NCBI GenBank assembly: GCA_013416795.1 | Contig: RQSC01000032.1 | Location: 281,315 to 345,314, forward strand | Source: Prasinococcaceae sp. CCMP 1430 | Taxonomy: Eukaryota; Plantae; Prasinodermophyta | Reading direction: 5' to 3' | Length of the DNA: 64,000 nucleotides | Shown: in pieces, positions 21,116 to 34,008 of the stretch | Layout: each line of letters starts with the position of its first letter | How positions within the stretch are numbered: position 1 is the stretch's first letter | Position numbers and translations under genes: made by a program | The notes under the pieces: generated by a model | What the model saw: only the letters and a program-made list of their open reading frames with translations | What the model was told of the DNA's origin: nothing | Database searches by the model: none

Positions 21116-23299
21116 TCAGCGTGCAGGGATTGGGTTCAGGAAGACGCTCTGAAGCAACGGAGCCACGCGCAGCGCCTTCAGATCGATGAAAATGTCCTTG
21201 ACGTCATCGACGCTGCATGCGGCTAGCACGGCCTCCCGCCGGAATCGGATGACCGCCGCCGCAAACATCGCGAGCGGCAGCAGGCTGTCGAATCCGATGA
21301 TGCGATCCCACAGCTGCAGGGTCTCCGCTGCATCCAGGTGCGTGGCGAAAGCGCTCACGAGCCATGGCATGGCGATGTGGAGCGGTGGAAGTCCCAGCAT
21401 GAGCAGCTTGTAGAAGACCTCGCTATCCAGCTCCTGCAGCAAATCCTCAAATGTCTTGCACAGTGCAGGGAGACACAGTGGCGGGCACACGCTCTCGCGG
21501 CCGTCACCTTGGCGTTCGCTCGCAATTTCGCCGTGTTCGTTGCTGCCGCCAAGGCCGGCCCCATTGCTGCTGCTGCTGCTACCGCTGTACCTCTTGCCAA
21601 TGCGGCTGCTCATGCCACTATCACTGCCATTGTTTCCATCGGTGACGCTGTGCGCAACGGCCTCGGGCGCCTCCATTTCAAACGCCAACGTGTGCAGACG
21701 ACAGAAGTGGCGCTCATACAGCGCACGGAAGGCAATGTACAAGTCGTGCCGGTTTGCATACAAATAGCAGAGAGGCGCAGCGTAGCAAGCCAAGCCGATG
21801 AAAGGCACCACCCCACATGGTGGATACAGCCCTCGACTGGTCCCGTCGCGCGCCATCGCCTGCAGCCGCGGGTGCGCCAAGACGGACGCACCGACCATGC
21901 CGGGCGCGGCGCATGCCACGCTTGCGTCGCGCATGAATGCCAGCAGCACCACGCGCAGTTGCTCCCTGTGACGCAGTTTGCAGGGAGAGCGAGAAGGGAA
22001 GGGCCGCACGTGTCAGTTGCATGGCACAAGCGGTCGGCCAGGGCGTGCGCTTGCTGGACAAATGCGCGGAGGCACGCACTCGAATACGAAAAATGTCGAA
22101 TTGTCTGTGACTGCGGCGATGTCCGCTCGCACGAGCGCGTCGAGCATCATGTCCTGCCGCTCGCAGCTCTCGCAGAGGCCCTCGAAGTACGCGGCACTGT
22201 TGCGATCGCTGCGAGCCCCCAAAATGCCGAGGGCAGCTGCCCATACTCGTGGACGAGCGCTCTGTGGCACGCCGCGCCGCGCGAAGACGAGGGACGCCGC
22301 AGCTGATCCCCCCGCAGCAACTGCTGCCGCTTCCGCTGAACGCCGCTCCGCAAACCACGAGCTCTCCCCGGGACTGTCGTCGATGCCGCCTTGCGCCATG
22401 CTCGGCGCGAGCTCTGGCATGCATTCGGCGAGCACCGCGTGCGACGGCACGCGCAGCGCGAGCCGTACGGTTCCCCACTGCGGAGGGGGAGGCGTAGCAT
22501 GTGGCCGCGACGCGCCCCTGCTTCGGCTCGGGGCGCCCTTTCCAGCAAAGCCACTGCCCCCATTTGCGGGAGCGCGCCCGCTCTCCGGCGGCTCGAGTGC
22601 TTCCAGCGCGTCCAAAAGTTCAACCCACGAGTATGCGCACGCCGGAATGAGTGGCTGCGGCACTGCGTCCTGGCCCGCCTCCCCGCCCTCGCGAACCGCG
22701 AGTCGCTCCGACGGTGCCGTGGGCATAGACAGCGGTGCAAGATGAGGCGGGGGTGATGACAGCGAGGACGGCGAGGAATCGCCCGGATTGCCATTGCTCT
22801 GCGGAACATCGCTGCCTCGCCCCATCTTCCCGCTGAGCGGCACCGCATGCTCGTTCGCCAATCTGTTGATGCGCTCGGCCACCATGCGGTGCCACGCCGA
22901 CCGACACGCGGCGACGGCGGCGTGCGCCGGGACAGCGGCATCCTCGTGCGACTCGGCGACGCACTCGCCGCCGCCCTTGCGGTCGGTGCCCCCCCGCCCA
23001 TTCTGCAGCTGGCGCACACTCGGCTGCGGAGCTTGTTTCTGCTGCCGCACGTCCCCTCCACACTGCTCCTCCGCACGCGCGCGCGCGGCCCGCACGGCGT
23101 GGAGCGAGTACGCCTCGCTCCTCAGCCGCGAGGCGAGCCCCATGCTGTCCATGAGCGCGGGCACGTCGCGAGCCAGCTCGGACGCCGCGTAACGCGGCTT
23201 GACGAGCTCGTCCTTGAGCGCGCGCCGCACGCGCCAGAGCTCGAGCGAGCGCGCCTCGAGCGCCGCGAGCGCCGAGCGCGCCGCCGCCGCGTCCCCCAT
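21116..23299 (-). CDS. TBC1D19: TBC1D19-like Rab-GAP domain protein; exons 23299-22080 and 21965-21116
   Basis: GVPQSARPRVW, DIAAVTDNSTFFVFEE, YPPCGVVPFIGLACYAAPLCYLY, LCKTFEDLLQ, AFATHLD...LQLWDRIIGFDSLLPLAMFAAAV. Confidence 0.85.
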
Positions 23300-23616
23300 G
23301 CCGCGGGATGGAGAGGAAACGGGGGGGGGGGGGGAGAAGGAAAATCACGCCCCGGCCGATCGCCTCACCCCCCTGGCGGCCCGGAGCCTGTGCGCCTGCC
23401 CCACCCGCCCCCACCTGCCCGCGCGGGGGGGCGCACTCTGCCGCAGCACCCGCCACGTCAACGACCATCGCATACCTTGGGGTTGGGGGTGGTTTTGCTG
23501 CAGGCATGCGGCTAAATAGGGTACGGTTGGTAAAAAGGGTTTAAACGTCAGGAGTAGGCAGCGCGCTCGAAACGGAAGGGGGGAAGGGGGGGCGCCGATG
23601 GGGCCGAGCGCGCGCA

Positions 23617-23649
<33 letters not shown>

Positions 23650-23663
23650 GGGGGGGGAGGGGG
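23617..23663 (+). repeat. Poly-G tract (32 G followed by interrupted G runs)
   Basis: Direct reading of the sequence. Confidence 0.9.
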
Positions 23664-23797
23664 TCAGTCAGACAGGGCGCGTGGCAGCGCTGCCCGCGCG
23701 GCGCAGGCGTGAGTGTCCGGGCGAGGGAGGTGAGTGGGGGGAGGGGTGCGCCTGCGCCCCTGCCCCGTCCTCTCGCGCGCTCGCGCGCTCGCGCTAT

Positions 23798-26158
<2,361 letters not shown>

Positions 26159-26183
26159 GCGCATGCGAGGCCCTCGCGGTCGT

Positions 26184-28525
26184 TCACGCTGCCTTGCATT
26201 TGCGCTTTGACTTCGACCACGTACACTCAGGGTGGTTCTTGCATTCGTGTTTGCCTGCCTCAGCACCGACGCGGGCACAGAAATCCTTGCGGGCCTTCCT
26301 AGCCTTCTTCTTGCACTTCCTCTTGGCTTTCTTCTTCATGCTTGTATCGCATGGCGCGGAGTCGGCGTGGATGGTGCTGTCAATGACGCAGCGTCCACTG
26401 GTACGGGTGCAGCCCTTCGCAGCCTTGCACTTCTTTTTGCCCAGCCCGCGGCACGAAGGGAGCGGCTCGACGCCGGCCTCGGCCTCGGCTTGCGCCTCGG
26501 CCTGCCCCTGTTCTCAGCGCGAGCGCGGTGTGTTAGCGCGGTTCCTGACATCGTGGCCACTATGCCGACCGACCAGCACCACCACCCCTGCCGCTGCCAG
26601 CGCTGCTGGTGCCCAAGTAGCCAGGGCGCGTTGCCCTCCGCTGTACGACGCGCTGCTCACCTCGCCGGCGCTGGTTGGCCTATCTAATGCTTCCTCGCCG
26701 CCGTCGACCGCATGAGGCAGCCCGCTGGACCCGGGGAAAGGCACCTGCACGGTGGTATCTATGCTCTCGACCCCCATGGCGATCGTCTCCCCTCCTGGCC
26801 ACGTCACTGAGACGCGAAGGTCGTCCGCCGTAATGCCTGAGTTACCGAGGCCAAAATGCGCCACAGGCTCCATCGACAGAGATACCCAGAACCCGCGTCG
26901 ATGGCATAGGTCGTCGTGGCGCCGCCTTCGACCGCAAGGGACACGGTGGCGCCGCGTGCAGGGGCTCCAGCAGCCGTGAGCGGCACAATGCGCAGCCAGT
27001 GGCGGTCCGGGGCGGCCGCCTTGTACATCGTCAGCGGCTGCGCACCGCTTTCGCCGTGAGAGATGAGTAGCTCCAGCACTCCGTCCTCGTCAAAGTCTCC
27101 AACCGCTGCGCCCGTGCCGAGGCCATCCGCTTCAGCGGCATCACCAATGTTGAGACGCATCCACTCGCCGCTGTCTGAGCGGGAGAAGAGTCTGTTGTCA
27201 CCAGGAATGTTGTTGAAGAAGATCTCTGCTCGACCGTCGTTGTCGAAGTCAGCGGCGATCACTGTCCTAACTCGGGAAGGCGACGCCATGTCGGCGGTCG
27301 CGACGTCCTCGAACGTGCCGTCATCGTTCTGCAGCCACAAGCGATGCTCAGCTTGCCAGTTGCCTGCGGCCACGTCAAGTAGGCCGTCATCATTCGCGTC
27401 GAACACGGCAACGCCGCGGCCGTTGTGCCTGGGGTCGAGGATACCAGCTACCTCCGCGACGTCCGAGAAGGTGCCATCGCCATTCGACTTGAACAAGAAG
27501 TTTGACGCGTCGCGGCCAGCGCTCATCTCATTGTTGGCGAAGATGTCCATGCCAGGTGTGCCAGCGACCAAGCGCGCCGACGCGAGCGCACGCCCCCCGG
27601 TCGTGCGCGCCACGCCCGCTTCGCTCGCGACGTCGCGAACCGTCAGGTCGCCGGCCGACGAGCGCTCACCCTGGTACAGACGCATCGGCCCACCGTAATT
27701 GGCGACCATCACCTCGTACTCACCCTTTCCAAAGCGGTCGACGCACGCGCACGAGCGGCCCGCGACAAAATTGGCCGAGTCCTGGTTCACCGGTAGCTCG
27801 AAAACGTCGCGCCAACCGTCGGCCGCCGAGGCCGCGCGCGCGAACAGGCGGTCCGAGGTGACTGTCTTGCCACTGTATGCGTCTGTGTTGAGCACGTACA
27901 GCTCCTCGCGGCCATCTCCGTCTACGTCGCACGCTGCAACGCCGATGGCCTTGCGTGAAGCGTCGGCCACGGTCGAGCCACCGTCCACGGGGTCGCCACT
28001 CGCGAGCAGGTCAACGTACGTGCCGCTCCCGGCGTCGTACTTGACCACCTTGTTGGGCGCTTGGAAGCCCGCGACCACCGCCTCGAAGGCGCCGTCGCCA
28101 TCCCAATCTGTGACGGCCACTCCGTAGTTGTACTGAGCGGGGTTGTCGTGCGGCATGAAGTCCGCGACAGCAGTGAAGAAGGGTTCGCCCGCACCGAGGT
28201 TGACGGGGGCCTCGCACGACATGCCCGCCACGACCATGCCGCCCGTGCACGCGTCCCAGCTCATACCGCACCTGCTCGTGCTTTTGCACCAGCCGCAGGG
28301 AGAGCCGCGCATGTCGGTTGAACACGCCTCGCAGGTGCCGAGCGCATAGCAGTGACCCGCCGCCGCGGGGGCGGGCGCATAGAGCAGCAATGCTGCTGCC
28401 GCGGCTGCAGTAGTTGCCACCGCCGCGCACGCCGCGGCGCCCGCGCCGCCAACGCAGCGAGCGCGCACAGCCACGCGCGCAGCCGCCGGCACGCGGCAAT
28501 GGCCACGGCGCGCGGCTGCCCGCAT
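26184..28525 (-). CDS. Secreted CRTAC1-like FG-GAP/VCBS beta-propeller + ASPIC/UnbV protein with PSI-like N-terminal and Cys/Lys-rich C-terminal modules; 1-nt frameshift at 26874-26875; intron 26660-26508
   Basis: NYGVAVTDWDGDG, AIGVAACDVDGDGREELYVLNT, RTVIAADFDNDG..EIFFNNI, IDAGSGYLC/MEPVAHFGLG; hydrophobic leader; last exon 26507-26184 not in the supplied ORF track. Confidence 0.85.
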
Positions 28526-28988
28526 CGCCGCCGCTCCCACCGCTCGCCGCCGCCCTGCCCACCGCGCCACTGTGGCGCCCCGCAGCCATCGTACCCCCAC
28601 CCCCCACTCGCACCCCAGCTGACGACGCCACGTCAGTCTTAAAGAGCACAACTCGCGCCACGTCGACGAAAACGGATAAGTTTCTGTGTTCTGTTTCTCA
28701 ATTGCACCCTTTTGGTATATTCTGATGATCATTTGCGTTGTTTTTGTCCGGAAACTTTTCGCGAAATTACATTCCGAAAATGAGATCCTCGAGGAAAGCG
28801 CGTGGCGTGCGTGCGTGCTCCCGCGGTGCGCCACACACACGCTGCGCGCAGGCGTCAGTAGGGCGGGAGGTGCCGGGCGGTGTCGGGATCGACTGCGTGC
28901 CTGCGCATGGTCCTGCGGCGCGCTGCGGTGACGGTCGGCTCTCGCGCGGCGGCAGGGGCGGCGGCGGCGGCGGCGCGGCGCGGCAGCG

Positions 28989-30987
28989 ATGACGGCGGCG
29001 CGGCCGGTGGCCGGCGGCGCGCGGCCGCCGGCGCTCGACGCGCTCCTGCTCAACCGCGATGCCAAGGCGGTGCGCTCGTCAAAGCGCGTGCTGTGTTGGC
29101 TACGCCAGGACCTGCGCACACACGACAACGCCGTGCTGCTGGCGGCGGCCGCAGCTGCGCGTGAGGCGGAGGGCGTGTCGGTGCTGCCCGTCTTTTGCTT
29201 CAACCCGAGCACCTACGCGGCGAAGCTGCCGCTGACCGGCGAGGCCAAGACGGGCGCGCGCCGCGCGCAGTTTATGCTCGAGAGCGTGTCGGACCTCCGC
29301 GAGCGGCTGCGTGCGCTGGGAAGCGACCTGCTGGTTGCCGTCGGCGAGCCCGAGGTGGTGCTCGCCGAGCTGGCCGGCGACGCCCCCGCGGCAGTGCTCA
29401 CGCACGGCGAGGCGTGCACCGAGGAGCGCGACGCCGAGCGCGCCGTGGCCAAGGCGTTGCTCGCGCGCTGTGGCAACAGCGCGCTCGTGCGTGTGGAGGG
29501 AGGCTTTACAATGTACGATGAGCGTGACCTGCCGTTCGACTTGCGCGCCATGAATGACGTCTTCACGCCCGTACGAGGCAAGGTGGAGAAGAACTGCGAG
29601 GTGCGGCAGGCGTACGCCGAGCCCGCGAGCGGCGAGCTGCCTTTGGGCGGCTTCGCTGGCGCGCCAGGCCTGGGCAGCGAGCTCCCCTCCCTCGAGGCGA
29701 TTGGCGTGGATCCCGAGGCCGCCGCCGTGGCACGCGCTGCCCCCCACAGGCTCGCGGCGCTCGACTTCAAGGGTGGCGAGAGCGCCGCGCTGCAGCGCGT
29801 CAAGTACTACCTGTGGGACACGGACAAGGCGAGCACATACTTCGACACGCGCAACGGCATGCTCGGCGGCGACTACTCGACCAAATTTGAGCCCTGGCTC
29901 AGCGCCGGCTGCCTCAGCCCGCGTCACGTCTACGCCGAGCTCATGAAGTACGAGGACAACCGCGTGGCCAACAAGTCCACCTACTGGATTCGCTTCGAGC
30001 TGCTGGTACGCGACTGGTTCCGCTGGTATGTGTCCTAGCTTGCTGCGACGCCACCCACTGACGCCAAGCTCTCACGCGCCCGCTCGCTTTTACACCGCCC
30101 GCAATGCCTCTCCACGCCGCCTGCTCGCGGGGGCGCCCGTCCGTCGTTGCGCAGTGGCGCGACTTCTTCCGCTGGTGCGTGCCACATGTGCGCGCGAGGC
30201 GCTGAGCGAGCGCTCGGTGCGCGAGCGGCAAATGCTGGCGTGGGTGGCGATTTCCTCGAGCCCTGAGGTCTGGCTCGGTCGGACACACCCAGGTGCTGAC
30301 CCCGTCGCGCGCGCGCGCGCGATGTCCTGCAGGTACGCTCAGAAGCACGGGGCGCGCATCTTCATGCTCTCGGGCCCGGCGCGCCGCCACGCCAAGTGGC
30401 GTGCAGACCGCGCGCTGTTCGAGCGCTGGGTGGAGGGCAGGACTGGCGTCCCGCTCATCGACGCCAACATGCGCGAAATGGCGGCGACGGGCTTCATGTC
30501 GAACCGTGGTCGCCAGAACGTGGCGTCTTACCTTGCGCTCTCGCTTGGCGTCGACTGGCGCCTCGGCGCCGAGTACTTCGAGTCAGCGCTGCTGGGCTAC
30601 GACCCAGCTTCCAACTGGGGCAATTGGGCGGCCGCTGCCGGCGTCACCGGTGGGCGCGTCAACAAGTTCAACCCGACCAAGCAGTCGAGGGACTACGACA
30701 AGGACGGGGACTACGTGCGCGCGTGGCTGCCCGAGCTCAAGGACGTGCCCGCCCCCTTCTGCCACGAGCCGTGGCGGCTCACGCCGCAGCAGCAGCAGGA
30801 GTTTGGTTGCGTCATCGGCGTCGACTACCCGAAGCCGGCCGGCGAGGTCCCCGTGTGGTCGGGCGAGAGCGGCGGCGGCCGCGGCGGCGGCCGCGGCGGC
30901 CGCGGCAAGGGGCGGGGCGGCCGTGGCGGCGGCCGCGGCGCTGGTGGGCGGCGCCAAAAGAAGATCGTCTACCAGTATGACGACTGA
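28989..30987 (+). CDS. CRYD: Cryptochrome DASH; exons 28989-30005, 30155-30174 (micro-exon), 30333-30987; alternative form 28989-30025 + 30333-30987
   Basis: WLRQDLRTHDN, GARRAQFMLESVSDLR, GGESAALQRVKYYLW, YFDTRNGMLGGDYSTKFEPWL..GCLSPR, TGVPLIDANMRE...TGFMSNRGRQNVASYL, DWRLGAEYFES.L..YD..SNWGNW. Confidence 0.95.
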
Positions 30988-31103
30988 CCATTAAAGTGCG
31001 CTCAGGCCGATTGATAGTGCACTCGACAACACAGGTTCACAAAAAAGATCGCGTCCCCCGGTGTGCGGGGCTCTGCTCTCGCGGGGGCGCGCGCACAGGG
31101 GGC

Positions 31104-33335
31104 TCACATGCCGCGGTAGAGCTTGACGTACTCCTCGGCCGACCGCGCCCACGAGTTGTCCACCGCCATGCATCGGTCCGCTAGCGCCGACCACTGCTCC
31201 TCGCGCTCCTTGTACATCGAGATGGCACGCTGCAACGCGCCCTCGATGTCGCCCTCGCCCGCGCCGTCGAAGACGAAGCCCGTCCCGGCAGCGGGGTCGG
31301 CGTCCACGTCGACCACCGTGTCCGCCAGGCCGCCCGTGCGCCGCACGAGCGGGGCGGCGCCGTAGCGCTGCGCCACCATCTGCGTCAGGCCGCACGGCTC
31401 GAACATGGACGGCACCAGCACGACGTCGGCGGCGGCGTACAGGAAGTGCGAAAGCGCATCGTTGTACATCAGGAGGCAGCGGCCCGCGCCGCCTTCTCGC
31501 ATCTCGGCGGCGAGGCCCTCGAACTCACCGGCGAGGTGGCCCGATCCGAGCAGCACGAACTGCGCGCCCATGGCCTCCGCGCGCGCAGCGGCGTGGCGGA
31601 TGAGGTGCACGCCCTTCTGCGGCACCAGCCGCGACACGCACACCAGCAGCGGCACGCGCTCCCCGTCCTCGGGCACGTCAAGCCCCAGCCCGCGGCGCAC
31701 GTACTCCTTGCACAGCGCCTTGCCGTCCTCGGAGACGCTGCCGTAGCGCGTGGGCAGGCACATGTCCCTCCGCGGATCCCACGACGCCGTGTCGATGGCG
31801 TTCAGCACCCCCGAGTACTTGGTGCGGTACGTCGTCAGCGTCTTGTTGAGCCACCCGCCGCCGCCGCCCAGCGTCTCCTCGCGGTACGAGGGCGACACGG
31901 TGGTGACCGCGTTGGTGTAGACGATGCCCGCCTTAAGCAGGCTCATCCGCTCGGGATTGTGCCCGATCGTGCGCTCGTCCACCGCCTTTTCGACCACCGC
32001 GTAGCTCTCACCGTCGAGCCCCGTGTAGTCGAGCTCCTCCGCCTTGACCTCTCCCGTGTGGTCCAGGTTGTGGATGGTGAGCATCAGCTTCTGCTTGTCG
32101 AGCCCCATCTCGTGGTACATGTCCCAGTACAGGAGCGCCGCGGCGCAGGTGTGCCACTCGTGCAGGTGGATGACGTCCGGCTGGCGCATCGACTCGCGCA
32201 GCAGCTCGAGGCTGGCGCGGCAGAAGAAGAGGTACGCCTCGCGCTCGTCATAGCCGCCGCCGTACACGCGCTCGCCGCGGAAGAAGTGGTTCTGCGGCCG
32301 GAGGAGCAGCACGCGCACGCCCGAGATCTCGCCCACGAAGGCGTCGACCATCACCTCGCCCCCACGGTGGTACGAGCCGTACGTGCGCTCGTGCGTGAGG
32401 TTGTTCACCGCCGATTCGGGGATGCACTCGTAGAAGGGCAGGATGACCTCAACGTTGTGGCCGCGCGCCGAGCACGCGCGCGAGAGGCCCGTCACCACGT
32501 CCGCCAGGCCGCCCACCTTGGCCACCGGCGCCATCTCGGCGGTGATGTGCACCACGTGCAGCGGCGACGCGTCGGGCTCGGCGGTCACGATGGATGCGGG
32601 CGGAGCGGCGAGCGCCTCCACGCACTCGGGCCGCTCCCAGAACGGCGTCGCGTCCTCGGGCGACGGCCACGCGATGTCCTCGCGGCGCATCACCGCGATG
32701 GGCTCACCCGCGTCGGCCGGGGACGCCGCGCCGTCCGGCATCGCCTCGGGCGCGACAGCGGGCGGCGGCGCCACCCTCGCCGCTCGCTCCTCCGCGAGCC
32801 TCGCCTTCTGCTCCGCCGCCTCCGTCCGCGCGATCAGGTCGGCCTTCTCCGCCAGCAGCTCCTCGTACAGCTTGCGGTAGCGCTCCAGCCGCTCCGCCGC
32901 GCTCTCCTTTCCCTCCGCCGTGCTCTCCTCTCCCTCCGCGGACTCCTCAGCCTCCGCGGCGTCGGCCCCTGCCAGCGGCTCATCGGTCTCGGCCTTGGCG
33001 GCCTCGTCCTTCACCTTAGCCTTCTCCTTCTTCGCCTTCGCCTTCTTCGCCTTCGCCTTTGCCGCCGGCGCTTCTGCCGCGGCCTTCTTGGCGTCGGCGC
33101 CGTTCTTCTTCGCGGGCGCCTGCTCGGCCTCCTGCGCCTCAACAGCCGCCTCGGCCGCCTCGGCCGCCTCAACCGGGCCGTCCTCTTCCTTTTCCGCCGC
33201 CTCCGAGGCCGTCGCCTCCACCTCGGACGTCTCCGTCTCGACGCGCGACCCCGACGCCCCGGAGCGCACCACCACCGTCCTCGCTCGCGCGCCGCGCGCG
33301 GGAACGGAGCGGCGAGCCGCCGCCGCCGCGCGCNT
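31104..33335 (-). CDS. Soluble starch synthase (GT5, SSIV/SSV-like) with transit peptide and coiled coil; start codon reads ANG (N at 33334, probably ATG)
   Basis: HVVHITAEMAPVAKVGGLADVV, IHLHEWHT, MLTIHNL, VTTVSPSY, VSRLVPQKGVHLI, VPSMFEPCGLTQMVAQRYG...VRRTGGLADTV. Confidence 0.92.
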   Translation of the reverse strand, partial: XRAAAAARRSVPARGARARTVVVRSGASGSRVETETSEVEATASEAAEKEEDGPVEAAEAAEAAVEAQEAEQAPAKKNGADAKKAAAEAPAAKAKAKKAKAKKEKAKVKDEAAKAETDEPLAGADAAEAEESAEGEESTAEGKESAAERLERYRKLYEELLAEKADLIARTEAAEQKARLAEERAARVAPPPAVAPEAMPDGAASPADAGEPIAVMRREDIAWPSPEDATPFWERPECVEALAAPPASIVTAEPDASPLHVVHITAEMAPVAKVGGLADVVTGLSRACSARGHNVEVILPFYECIPESAVNNLTHERTYGSYHRGGEVMVDAFVGEISGVRVLLLRPQNHFFRGERVYGGGYDEREAYLFFCRASLELLRESMRQPDVIHLHEWHTCAAALLYWDMYHEMGLDKQKLMLTIHNLDHTGEVKAEELDYTGLDGESYAVVEKAVDERTIGHNPERMSLLKAGIVYTNAVTTVSPSYREETLGGGGGWLNKTLTTYRTKYSGVLNAIDTASWDPRRDMCLPTRYGSVSEDGKALCKEYVRRGLGLDVPEDGERVPLLVCVSRLVPQKGVHLIRHAAARAEAMGAQFVLLGSGHLAGEFEGLAAEMREGGAGRCLLMYNDALSHFLYAAADVVLVPSMFEPCGLTQMVAQRYGAAPLVRRTGGLADTVVDVDADPAAGTGFVFDGAGEGDIEGALQRAISMYKEREEQWSALADRCMAVDNSWARSAEEYVKLYRGM

Positions 33336-34008
33336 GAAATTGGTGTGATTCCGCGGTTTGTGTGCGTGGTCGCGGGCGCGGGCGCGAACGGATGAGGCGG
33401 CTGCCGGGTGCGCCGGAGTGAGGGAGGGGGGTGAGGGAGGGGGGCCCACGCACGCACGGCCGCGCGCGCACGCGCGCGCGGGGCCGCGCGCCGTGGGCCG
33501 CCAGTCGACACCCCATCAAAACGGGTGTGATTATTTCATCGCCGTCGAATCAATCGCTCTGAATCAATACGTACTATAATAAACGCGGGATGATGAAATT
33601 CGAGAGTCCGTGTAACGTTCAGGTCGAAGCGCATGCGTGCGCACGCGCGCGGGGCGGGGCGCGGGCGCGCGATCGAATTTGGACCCTATCGCGGCAGAGC
33701 GCATTTCTTTACCCTAATGATGCCGCGCAGTGGTTGGGGTTGGATGCGCGTCCCCGCCTCCGCGCGTTTCGGCGCCCGCCTCTGCGTTCGAACGCGCGCG
33801 GGTGCGCCACAGCGCGGGCGCGGCGCGCAGCGCCGCCGCGGCTCGGGCCCGAGGGCGGGGCGGCGCTCCGCCACTGACGCGGAGCCGCGGATCCGAGGGC
33901 GGGCACTTCCCTCTTCCCTCCTTCACCCTCCCCCCTCCGCGCCCGCGACCCTCCTCCGCGCCGGCGCCGCGGCCCCGCGGCCACACGGGCGCTGTCCTCG
34001 CGGCCGCC

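Noticed and set aside
26514-26516. Stop-codon readthrough into the Cys/Lys-rich tail
   Set aside because: The TGA lies inside a well-formed phase-0 intron (gtgagc at 26660 to aacag at 26508)
31446-33395. 649-aa plus-strand ORF, and many similar long antisense/alternate-frame ORFs (e.g. 34498-35955, 9054-10580, 58714-60195)
   Set aside because: Shadow ORFs expected from extreme GC3 bias opposite real genes; no domain motifs
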